Shown here piece by piece: positions 6,916 to 13,038 of a stretch of DNA of 13,038 nt (position 1 is the first letter of the stretch; every line of letters begins with the position of its first letter). Both the position numbers and the translations under genes were made by a program. A model generated the notes under the pieces. It was not told the origin of the DNA and did not search any database. It saw only the letters and a program-made list of their open reading frames with translations. The stretch is from the IMG/VR virus record IMGVR_UViG_2713896773_000022, positions 1 to 13,038 of that record; one strand, given 5' to 3'. The DNA comes from a virus. Its lineage: Duplodnaviria > Heunggongvirae > Uroviricota > Caudoviricetes.

Positions 6916-7112
6916 TGGGAGCCCTGTACGCATTAGTGCTGACCATCACCATGACGAACGGTGATTACCAGGACGCTGTTGTCGGTATTATCGACAATCA
7001 GCAGCAATGTGAAGCGGCAGCGAGTGAGCAAATGGGCGTCACTAACTGCTATCCAGTCGAAGGCATCATTCACGCTGACGAAACGCCAGCGGGTTATGAC
7101 GCGAAATTTTGA
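6915..7112 (+). CDS. Hypothetical small protein (65 aa); resembles small conserved lambdoid-prophage proteins (tentative)
   Basis: In-frame ATG at 6915 with GGGGA RBS, coupled to the upstream ORF; MGALYALVLTITMTNGDYQDAVVGIIDNQQQCEAAASEQMGVTNCYPVEG has a hydrophobic N-terminus and two Cys. The 108-aa track ORF (6786..7112) is judged an artefactual extension because it overlaps the preceding ORF. Confidence 0.5.
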   Translation: MGALYALVLTITMTNGDYQDAVVGIIDNQQQCEAAASEQMGVTNCYPVEGIIHADETPAGYDAKF

Positions 7113-7122
7113 GGGATAAGGG

Positions 7123-7395
7123 ATGTGCAACTGCATTAATGAGGTCGGTGCTCATATCGAAGCGCGACTGAAAGAGAAGGTTCCGGAAGGTGCTGAAGTA
7201 AGCGAAAGCACTTTTGATACCGGTTGGGATAATCAGGTTCTTTCTCTTTCCGAAGGCAAACTGTTTATGATGCTGAAATACAAACTGGCGTACCGGGCCA
7301 AAAAGAAAAACGGCGAAATGGCTAAAAACCTGAACCGCCTAGAAACCAACGTAAAAATGAGTTTCTGCCCGTTCTGCGGTGAATCTCAAGTTTAA
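7123..7395 (+). CDS. Hypothetical Cys-rich small protein (90 aa; CxC near N-terminus and CPFC near C-terminus, zinc-ribbon-like)
   Basis: ORF from track; MCNC...FCPFCGESQV; Lys-rich centre; moderate GC; same strand and spacing as operon neighbours. Confidence 0.55.
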   Translation: MCNCINEVGAHIEARLKEKVPEGAEVSESTFDTGWDNQVLSLSEGKLFMMLKYKLAYRAKKKNGEMAKNLNRLETNVKMSFCPFCGESQV

Positions 7396-7434
7396 CGGTA
7401 TTTTGACTATCAATCAGTTATAAAGGAAATAGCT

Positions 7435-8025
7435 ATGGGCTGCGATATTCATATGATGGTTGAGGTTAAACGCTCAATTAACGGTGAAGAAAAATGGGTT
7501 AATTATGATCATTTCCGTAAAAACCTATGGTATGGAAATGACGATGGCGAACGGGAATTTGAACGTATTGATTTAGAGAGTTCTCGTAATTATGCAGCAT
7601 TCTCCCAACTCTGCGGAGTAAGAGCATACGCTGACGAAACGCCTAAGATATCCGAACCACGCGGTATACCTGACGATGCTTGTGATTACACCAAGCAGGT
7701 ATCAGAAGAATGGGGGTGTGATGGACATTCTCACAGTTACGTCAGTCTTGCCGAAATTCGGGAGTTCAGAACCAACCTTACTCCAATGCCATTCAAAGGA
7801 ATGATTTCAGAAAAACAAGCGGCAGATCTTGATAAGGGTATTAAACCCGATTCATGGTGTGGGTGGACAAGCATGCCAGGCTTTGTTTTCCGGGAATGGG
7901 AAGATACGGTAGATGCTTTAAAAAATATTCATGAATCGCTGGAGAGCAGAGCTCTGGAATTATGGTGGTTAGAGAAAAATATTATCCCTGAAAATATTCG
8001 AATAGTTTTTTTCTTCGATAATTAA
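7435..8025 (+). CDS. Hypothetical protein (196 aa), lower GC, Cys/His/Trp-rich, no recognised family
   Basis: ORF from track; RBS AAGGAAA upstream of ATG 7435; visibly more AT-rich than flanking genes; candidate metal-binding residues (GCDIH near N-terminus, CDGHSHSY mid-protein); followed by an AT-rich intergenic tract. Confidence 0.65.
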   Translation: MGCDIHMMVEVKRSINGEEKWVNYDHFRKNLWYGNDDGEREFERIDLESSRNYAAFSQLCGVRAYADETPKISEPRGIPDDACDYTKQVSEEWGCDGHSHSYVSLAEIREFRTNLTPMPFKGMISEKQAADLDKGIKPDSWCGWTSMPGFVFREWEDTVDALKNIHESLESRALELWWLEKNIIPENIRIVFFFDN

Positions 8026-8104
8026 AAAGCAAATTTTCAATTAATCAAATACAGGCAGCCATTATGGTGCCGGGATTCTTACAACCTTTTTCAGAGGAAT
8101 GGAT

Positions 8105-8272
8105 ATGCAGGCTACGACCAAACAGCAGCAGGCGATGAACCTTATCGCGCTTCTGTGCCTGATGTACAACTTATCGCCAGCTGACCTTGAGGCTATTGCC
8201 CACCAGCTCGCGCACTTCGATGCAGTTTGTGATTACAGAACACAGGGGATTAACAATGCTGCGTGTCATTGA
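8105..8272 (+). CDS. Possible small ORF (55 aa), uncertain
   Basis: ATG 8105 with GAGGAA RBS; MQATTKQQQAMNLIALLCLMYNLSPADLEAIAHQLAHFDAVCDYRTQGINNAACH; stop overlaps the start of the exonuclease gene by 17 nt. Not in ORF track (under 60 aa). Confidence 0.35.
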   Translation: MQATTKQQQAMNLIALLCLMYNLSPADLEAIAHQLAHFDAVCDYRTQGINNAACH

Positions 8273-8927
8273 TACCGAAACGACTGGGCTGGAAGGCGGT
8301 CCGGAAACCGTGGTGGAAATTGCCAGCGTCGATATCGTCGACGGGGTGATCTGCAATCCAATGAGCGACCTCGTTAAGCCAGGCGTGGCGATCGGTTTTG
8401 AGGCCATGGCTATTCACCATATCACCGAAGACATGGTGGAAGGCGCGCCGCTGCTCAGTGAAGTAATTGGCCGCTATCTGGGGGCAGATGCCTACGTCGC
8501 CCACAACGCGAAGTTCGATAAAGCCAAACTTCCTGCAATGAACGCCCCGTGGATCTGTACCGCTAAGCTGGCGCGTTCGCTCCTGCCGGATCACAAGAGC
8601 CACAGCAACCAGTACCTGCGTTACAGCCTCGGACTGAAACCGGAAGTACCTGAAGGGCTTTACGCTCACCGAGCGCTGTATGACTGCTACGTCACCGCCG
8701 AATTGCTGCTCTATATGGGCCGCCTGGCGAAATGGACGATGGGCGAAATGCGCGCCATCTCCAATAACCCTTCCCTGCTGCATGCGCTCCGCTTCGGTAA
8801 GCATAAAGGCGTCTCGTTCGCAGAGCTGGCAAAAACAGAACCGGGTTACCTGCGCTGGCTCGTTGCCAACAGCGAAGACGAAGACGTGCTGTTTACGGCT
8901 GAACACTGGCTGAACGGGGGTAAATGA
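8256..8927 (+). CDS. exoX: DnaQ-like (DEDDh) 3'-5' exonuclease, homolog of host exodeoxyribonuclease X (223 aa)
   Basis: Alignable by eye along its length to E. coli ExoX as recalled: MLRVIDTETTGL (Exo I motif), VAHNAKFDK (Exo II), HRALYDCYVTAELL (Exo III), C-terminal FGKHKG...EPGYLRWL. Start chosen at internal ATG 8256 (RBS CAGGGG) instead of the track start 8187. Confidence 0.85.
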   Translation: MLRVIDTETTGLEGGPETVVEIASVDIVDGVICNPMSDLVKPGVAIGFEAMAIHHITEDMVEGAPLLSEVIGRYLGADAYVAHNAKFDKAKLPAMNAPWICTAKLARSLLPDHKSHSNQYLRYSLGLKPEVPEGLYAHRALYDCYVTAELLLYMGRLAKWTMGEMRAISNNPSLLHALRFGKHKGVSFAELAKTEPGYLRWLVANSEDEDVLFTAEHWLNGGK

Positions 8928-9595
8928 TGGGTACTCCAGTGCTGATCCTAGGTGACTCTGGCGCGGGCAAGTCCTACAGCCTGCGCAACTTCAATCCGGA
9001 CGATGTGATGCTGCTCCAGTGCATTCCCAAAATGCTGCCGTTCAAGTCTGCGGGCTGGAAACTTCACGGCAAGCTGCTGCCAGACGGAAGCAAACAGCGC
9101 GGTAACGTTCTGCGCTCGGATAACTGGGAAACGGTGCTGGACACCATCTATCGCATGGTGCAGTCGAAAACGCGCCGCGTCCTGATCATCGACGATTTCC
9201 AGGTGGTCATGCAGCACGAGAACATGAACCGCGCGTACCAGACCGGCTATGCCAAATTCACCGAAATGGCAGATCACATCTGGCGAATCATCATGGCGGC
9301 CACCGAGCTGCCGGACGACTTCCGCGTTTATTTCCTGGCTCACACCGAAGAGACCGAGGGAAAGATCCGCATGAAGACCACCGGGAAGATGCTCAACGAA
9401 AAGCTGACTCCAGAGGGCTATTTCTCCATCGTGCTGCGCGCCATCAAGAAGGACGGTAAACACGTTTTTCTCATCAAAGGCGATGACAACGACACCGCCA
9501 AAGCGCCGCCCGACCTGTTCCCGGACCAGACGGAAATGGACAACGACCTCCACGCCGTAGACGTGGCTATCACCGAATTTATGACCGAATTGTAA
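8924..9595 (+). CDS. P-loop NTPase, Sak4-like (AAA_24-type, RecA-related) putative recombination ATPase (223 aa)
   Basis: Walker A GDSGAGKS and Walker B VLIIDDF; size and position next to an SSB-like gene match the phage Sak4 plus cognate SSB arrangement (established knowledge, recalled); ATGA overlap with the exoX-like stop. Confidence 0.65.
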   Translation: MMGTPVLILGDSGAGKSYSLRNFNPDDVMLLQCIPKMLPFKSAGWKLHGKLLPDGSKQRGNVLRSDNWETVLDTIYRMVQSKTRRVLIIDDFQVVMQHENMNRAYQTGYAKFTEMADHIWRIIMAATELPDDFRVYFLAHTEETEGKIRMKTTGKMLNEKLTPEGYFSIVLRAIKKDGKHVFLIKGDDNDTAKAPPDLFPDQTEMDNDLHAVDVAITEFMTEL

Positions 9596-9611
9596 CTTTG
9601 AGGATTTAACG

Positions 9612-10343
9612 ATGAACCAACCAATGACTTTTATGTGGAACAACGAAACGGCTGAGATGGCGAAGAAAGCTGGCGCAACAGGCGGGATCAGCGAAACCGG
9701 CGCTTACGAGGGCGAAATCGTTTCTGCGGTGTACACCTTCGGGAAAGATGGCAGCCAATCCCAGGCGCTCGAACTCAGCCTGGACTCGAACGGGGCAAAA
9801 GCAAATTACTTGCGCATTAACTTCCTCGGCAAAGACGGCCAGCAGACTTTCGGCATGGGGCTGGTGTCAGCGCTGATGTGGGTCGCCCAGGTCAAACAGG
9901 CGCAACCGCAACAGGTACAGGGTCAAAACGGCATCGAATGGCACTGCCCGGCACTGGTTGGCAAAAAGGTGGGCCTGTTCCTCCAGAAAGTGCTGTACAC
10001 CAAAAACGACGGCGGTGACGGCTACAAGTTCGAAGTGCGCCACGTTTTCCAGCCGGGAACGCGTAAAACCTACGCCGAGCACGCTGAAAATGCCCCGGCA
10101 GAAGCGATCGCCGCGCTTGAACTGTCGATGAAGGATAAGGACGAACGTATCCACGGCGGCACGCAGTTCTCTGGTCCGCGCAATGCCCAACATGGCGGTA
10201 ACCCTTATGCAAATCAGACTGGAGGCGCACCACAGTCTCGCTTGCAGCAGAACAGCGGTCAGCCACCGGTAGACTTTGACGACGATATCCCGTTTGCGCC
10301 GATCGGTCTTCCATTCCCTTCTCACTCTATCTATGCGTTATGA
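9612..10343 (+). CDS. SSB-like / DUF669-type phage protein carrying the SSB C-terminal tail motif DFDDDIPF (243 aa)
   Basis: RBS GAGGA upstream; Gly/Gln-rich linker followed by PPVDFDDDIPF, nearly identical to the E. coli SSB C-terminal tip (MDFDDDIPF), but here followed by 18 more residues (APIGLPFPSHSIYAL). Confidence 0.65.
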   Translation: MNQPMTFMWNNETAEMAKKAGATGGISETGAYEGEIVSAVYTFGKDGSQSQALELSLDSNGAKANYLRINFLGKDGQQTFGMGLVSALMWVAQVKQAQPQQVQGQNGIEWHCPALVGKKVGLFLQKVLYTKNDGGDGYKFEVRHVFQPGTRKTYAEHAENAPAEAIAALELSMKDKDERIHGGTQFSGPRNAQHGGNPYANQTGGAPQSRLQQNSGQPPVDFDDDIPFAPIGLPFPSHSIYAL

Positions 10344-10498
10344 CGCACACACAGGACGAAATCAGGGTTGGCGCGGTGCGCCTTCCCTGGCTCAAAGAGA
10401 AAAACGGGTGGTTGCTACCGTGGGATGATGTCGTTACCAACCCACTGAAGGCGCAACGACTGGCAGAAGAACTTAACGAAAAGCAGGTGGCTGCATGA
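10340..10498 (+). CDS. Possible small ORF (52 aa) bridging the SSB-like and dam genes
   Basis: ATG 10340 overlaps the SSB-like stop (ATGA) and its TGA overlaps the dam ATG (ATGA): coupled at both ends. MTHTQDEIRVGAVRLPWLKEKNGWLLPWDDVVTNPLKAQRLAEELNEKQVAA. Not in track (under 60 aa). Confidence 0.4.
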   Translation: MTHTQDEIRVGAVRLPWLKEKNGWLLPWDDVVTNPLKAQRLAEELNEKQVAA

Positions 10499-11367
10499 GT
10501 TATTGTGCGGAGATATCGCGCCAAGAGACGGAAACAGAGCCGCGCACTTGGCAGCGCCCGTTCCTTAAATGGGCTGGAGGCAAATATTCGCTGCTGCCGG
10601 AACTGGATCGTTTGATCCCCGCAGGTAAACGCCTTATTGAGCCTTTTGTGGGTGGCGGCTCGGTGTTCCTTAACTCAGACAAGCACGAACGCTTTCTTCT
10701 GGCTGACGTCAACGCTGACCTGATTAACCTGTATCAGATGCTGGCGGTGGTCCCCGACTCGGTGATCTATGAGGCAATGAAGGCATTCAGGCATCTGAAT
10801 GATGCCGAAAACTACACGGTAATTCGTGAAGCATTCAACGCGCAGCGGCTGGATGCGGTTGAGCGCGCAGCAGCGCTCCTTTACCTCAACCGGCACTGCT
10901 TCAACGGGCTGATCCGTTATAACCTGGACGGTTTTTTTAACGTCGGCTTTGGGAAATATAAAGCGCCATATTTCCCGGAAGAAGAGATCAGGGCATTTAA
11001 GCGGAAGGCTCACGCATGCGTATTCATGAATGCAGGCTTCAGGCGCACGATCGCGCTGGCAGGTGATGGTGACGTCGTTTACTGCGATCCGCCTTATGAA
11101 CCGCTGCCCGGCACCGCTGGTTTCACTAACTACGCGGCTGGTGGGTTCTCATGGGATAGCCAGGTAGAACTTACGGAAAGCTGTGTGGCAGCCCACCAGC
11201 GGGGGGCAAAAGTGGTGATCAGCAATTCTACCGCTCCTCGCGTAATTGAACTTTACGAACAGCACGGCTTCACGCTGCACCGCGTCAGTGCTCGCCGGGC
11301 TATATCCAGCAAAGGCAGTACCCGCGAAACAGCGAGTGATGTCGTAGCCACTTTGGGAGTGCAGTGA
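10495..11367 (+). CDS. dam: DNA adenine methyltransferase, Dam family (GATC-specific by homology), phage-encoded (290 aa)
   Basis: FLKWAGGKYSLLPEL, EPFVGGGSVFLN, LYLNRHCFNGLIRYNL, and catalytic DPPY in VVYCDPPYEPL; alignable by eye to E. coli Dam as recalled. Confidence 0.9.
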   Translation: MSYCAEISRQETETEPRTWQRPFLKWAGGKYSLLPELDRLIPAGKRLIEPFVGGGSVFLNSDKHERFLLADVNADLINLYQMLAVVPDSVIYEAMKAFRHLNDAENYTVIREAFNAQRLDAVERAAALLYLNRHCFNGLIRYNLDGFFNVGFGKYKAPYFPEEEIRAFKRKAHACVFMNAGFRRTIALAGDGDVVYCDPPYEPLPGTAGFTNYAAGGFSWDSQVELTESCVAAHQRGAKVVISNSTAPRVIELYEQHGFTLHRVSARRAISSKGSTRETASDVVATLGVQ

Positions 11368-11609
11368 TGATGAAGCTGATTAATCGCAGTAAGCAATCAC
11401 CTATTGGTCGCCGCGCTTGCGATGTTGCGCTGGCAGCTCACTTGCAAACATATGGCGACTATGGGCGAAGCAAGATGAAAGAGACTTATACGGTGAAGGT
11501 TGAAGGCGTGAAAGTCTGGGTGGAGGTGGTGAACCGAAAGGCGAGCTACGTGGCCACAGCGATGACCGGCATGCGCCGTCTCCGCTCCCTGCCCGGGCAG
11601 GTTGGTTGA
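11367..11609 (+). CDS. Hypothetical small protein (about 80 aa)
   Basis: Track ORF starts at GTG 11364; first ATG at 11367 overlaps the dam stop. Basic protein with no motif recognised; the true start may be further downstream (Met at MKETYTVKVEG). Confidence 0.4.
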   Translation: MMKLINRSKQSPIGRRACDVALAAHLQTYGDYGRSKMKETYTVKVEGVKVWVEVVNRKASYVATAMTGMRRLRSLPGQVG

Positions 11610-11650
11610 AAAAGATTTTGAATGGCCCGAACGGGCAACTGGAGAGAGCT

Positions 11651-11848
11651 ATGGATGATATTTTGGTAACGTCAGACCTGACCAGTCGCTACAAAATTTC
11701 ACGCAAAACCCTTTGGTCATGGCAAAGTGCAGACACAATGCCTCGGGGCTTCGTATGCCCGTTCCCACCCCCTGACTGGCCCGGCAACCCTAACCGCTGG
11801 CGCTCTGAGTCAATCAAAGAGTGGGAGGATAAAAAGAAGATAAATTAA
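11651..11848 (+). CDS. alpA: AlpA-family phage transcriptional regulator / excisionase-like HTH protein (65 aa from ATG 11651)
   Basis: [21 protein letters not shown]...[23 protein letters not shown] matches the AlpA pattern (HTH followed by FPxP...RW...EW); RBS GGAGAG before ATG 11651; convergent with and adjacent to the integrase gene. Confidence 0.7.
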   Translation: MDDILVTSDLTSRYKISRKTLWSWQSADTMPRGFVCPFPPPDWPGNPNRWRSESIKEWEDKKKIN

Positions 11849-13038
11849 CTGAAGGGCTCTCCGATGATCTCTTCAAGATGGCTCTGCCAAACGCGGAGCC
11901 AGTGTTTCTGATCATCGATATAGTCATGAAGGTTGTAATGCGCCATAACCCCCACCATCTGATGCCCGAGCAGCTTTTCAATTACGTGCGGCGGGCAACC
12001 TAACTCAGAGAGATTTGTGGCTATCGTCCGCCTCATATCATGAAGCGACCACTCTGCCATACCTGTTCCATTCCAAATAGAACGGGCGTAATTGGATGCC
12101 ACAGGTGAATGAACGGGCGAATCTTTGATCCCGCCATCAATTTTACGTTGTGAAGTCACCAGGTGATTGGTGTTTATTTTCTTGAGGTGATTTCTGACCA
12201 GGTTAACGGCGGCGTCTGAGAGTCCCCTTCTAATATGTACCCGAGTTTTATAACTGCCCGCAGGCACGACCCACTCATTATCATCCAATCGAAACCATGA
12301 TCTCTCACTAAGTCGAATCTCAGCCGTACGGCATCCGGTAAGCATAATAAATTTCACCAGGAAAACGGACTCTATCGACATATGGCTTTTCAACCACTGA
12401 TAGATTTTGCGCAGATCGTCATCGTCCATCCTGCGAGTTCTCTTTTTAGGCTTTTGCCCGACATCAGATGGCAGTAATCCCTCGAGTGGGTTTGAGGCGA
12501 TCACACTTCTGTTAACGCAGAACCTAAACGCCCGTTTGCACAGCGAAAGCATGTAATGAGCCATCACCCTGCTTTCTATAGAATCGAAGACGTTGATCCA
12601 GTGCATTTTCGCTGTGTTATCGACTTTGACATTCTTCATCGGTTCGGCGATATGTTTCTCAAACACCTGGCGATAGTAATCGACTTTAACTAGCCCGTTA
12701 GCGATACAGTGCCTTTCAATCCAGTAATTGAACGCTTCGGCAACGGACATCGCTTCCTGTCGGGTCTGCTTATCCAGCTTCACCTGCTCTCGCGGATCCA
12801 GTCCCTCAGTTAACCAGTTTCTGAATTGTTGGCGACGCTCTCTTGCCTGGGTGATACTCATTGCAGGATAATCACCAACATTGAGTTTTACCGCTTTACC
12901 GGCCCAGCGATACCGATAGAAAAATGATATTTTTCCGGCCTGGCTGATTCTGGCGTTGAGCCCGTGCGAATCAGAAATAATCTCGATATCATCTCTTTTC
13001 TTGCCGAGCTCCTTCCTGAGCTTTGTGTCGGTGATCAT
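11845..13038 (-). CDS. int: Tyrosine site-specific integrase, P4-like family (397 aa)
   Basis: N-terminus [13 protein letters not shown]...[27 protein letters not shown] typical of P4-type integrases; C-terminal catalytic region with LHDMRRT and HxxVGVMAHY (His-x-x-Arg and Tyr). Start codon is the last three bases of the window. Confidence 0.9.
   Translation of the reverse strand: MITDTKLRKELGKKRDDIEIISDSHGLNARISQAGKISFFYRYRWAGKAVKLNVGDYPAMSITQARERRQQFRNWLTEGLDPREQVKLDKQTRQEAMSVAEAFNYWIERHCIANGLVKVDYYRQVFEKHIAEPMKNVKVDNTAKMHWINVFDSIESRVMAHYMLSLCKRAFRFCVNRSVIASNPLEGLLPSDVGQKPKKRTRRMDDDDLRKIYQWLKSHMSIESVFLVKFIMLTGCRTAEIRLSERSWFRLDDNEWVVPAGSYKTRVHIRRGLSDAAVNLVRNHLKKINTNHLVTSQRKIDGGIKDSPVHSPVASNYARSIWNGTGMAEWSLHDMRRTIATNLSELGCPPHVIEKLLGHQMVGVMAHYNLHDYIDDQKHWLRVWQSHLEEIIGEPFS

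Noticed and set aside
6786-7112. Long 108-aa form of the ORF ending at 7112
   Set aside because: Its N-terminal 43 codons overlap the preceding 66-aa ORF in another frame; the internal ATG at 6915 has its own RBS and a TGATG coupling junction, so the 65-aa form is preferred.
8187-8255. N-terminal extension of the exonuclease (track start at 8187)
   Set aside because: The recalled ExoX homology begins at MLRVIDTETTGL (ATG 8256), which has its own RBS; the extension has no homology and overlaps a possible upstream small ORF.
8250-8906. 218-aa ORF on the minus strand antisense to the exoX-like gene
   Set aside because: Lies entirely within a strongly supported plus-strand gene with clear homology; no RBS or start context; typical shadow ORF in GC-rich coding sequence.
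8948-9643. 231-aa ORF on the minus strand antisense to the Sak4-like gene
   Set aside because: Overlaps the plus-strand P-loop ATPase whose Walker motifs and operon coupling are convincing; the antisense product is low-complexity and has no motif.
9867-10325. 152-aa and 140-aa minus-strand ORFs antisense to the SSB-like gene
   Set aside because: Arg-rich shadow ORFs of a GC-rich coding region; the sense gene has an RBS, operon coupling and the SSB tail motif.
10675-11013. 112-aa minus-strand ORF inside the dam gene
   Set aside because: Antisense to a gene with unambiguous Dam motifs (DPPY, FLKWAGGK).

Overview
The window reads as the integrase-proximal early region of a lambdoid (P22/Rac-like) prophage from an enterobacterial host, judged from GC content, codon style and homologies recognised by eye; no database search was possible. 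The centre is a classic immunity switch: a CI-type repressor (5673..6365, +) divergent from a Cro/YdaS-like gene (5311..5550, -), separated by a 122-bp operator/promoter region with palindromes built on GCGATTG/CAATCGC. Leftward (minus strand) runs a tightly coupled operon: cro-like, cII-like, an 84-aa unknown, an O-like replication initiator with four internal 24-bp iterons plus an AT-rich tract (ori-like), a DnaB-family helicase, a small DUF4406/nucleoside-deoxyribosyltransferase-like protein, and several hypothetical proteins, one interrupted by a 50-nt N-run. Rightward (plus strand), after a cI terminator and an OL/pL-like region, come small unknown ORFs, a lower-GC two-gene insert (90-aa Cys-rich and 196-aa Cys/His-rich unknowns), an ExoX-like 3'-5' exonuclease, a Sak4-like P-loop ATPase, an SSB-like protein with an internal copy of the host SSB tail motif DFDDDIPF, a Dam-type methyltransferase and an AlpA-type regulator, ending convergent with a complete tyrosine integrase whose start codon is the last three bases of the window. 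No rRNA, tRNA or CRISPR array was seen. The best candidates for undescribed biology are the lower-GC insert at 7123..8025, the coupled small-ORF pair just downstream of pL, the NDT-like gene after the helicase, and the unusual ExoX/Sak4/SSB-like module.
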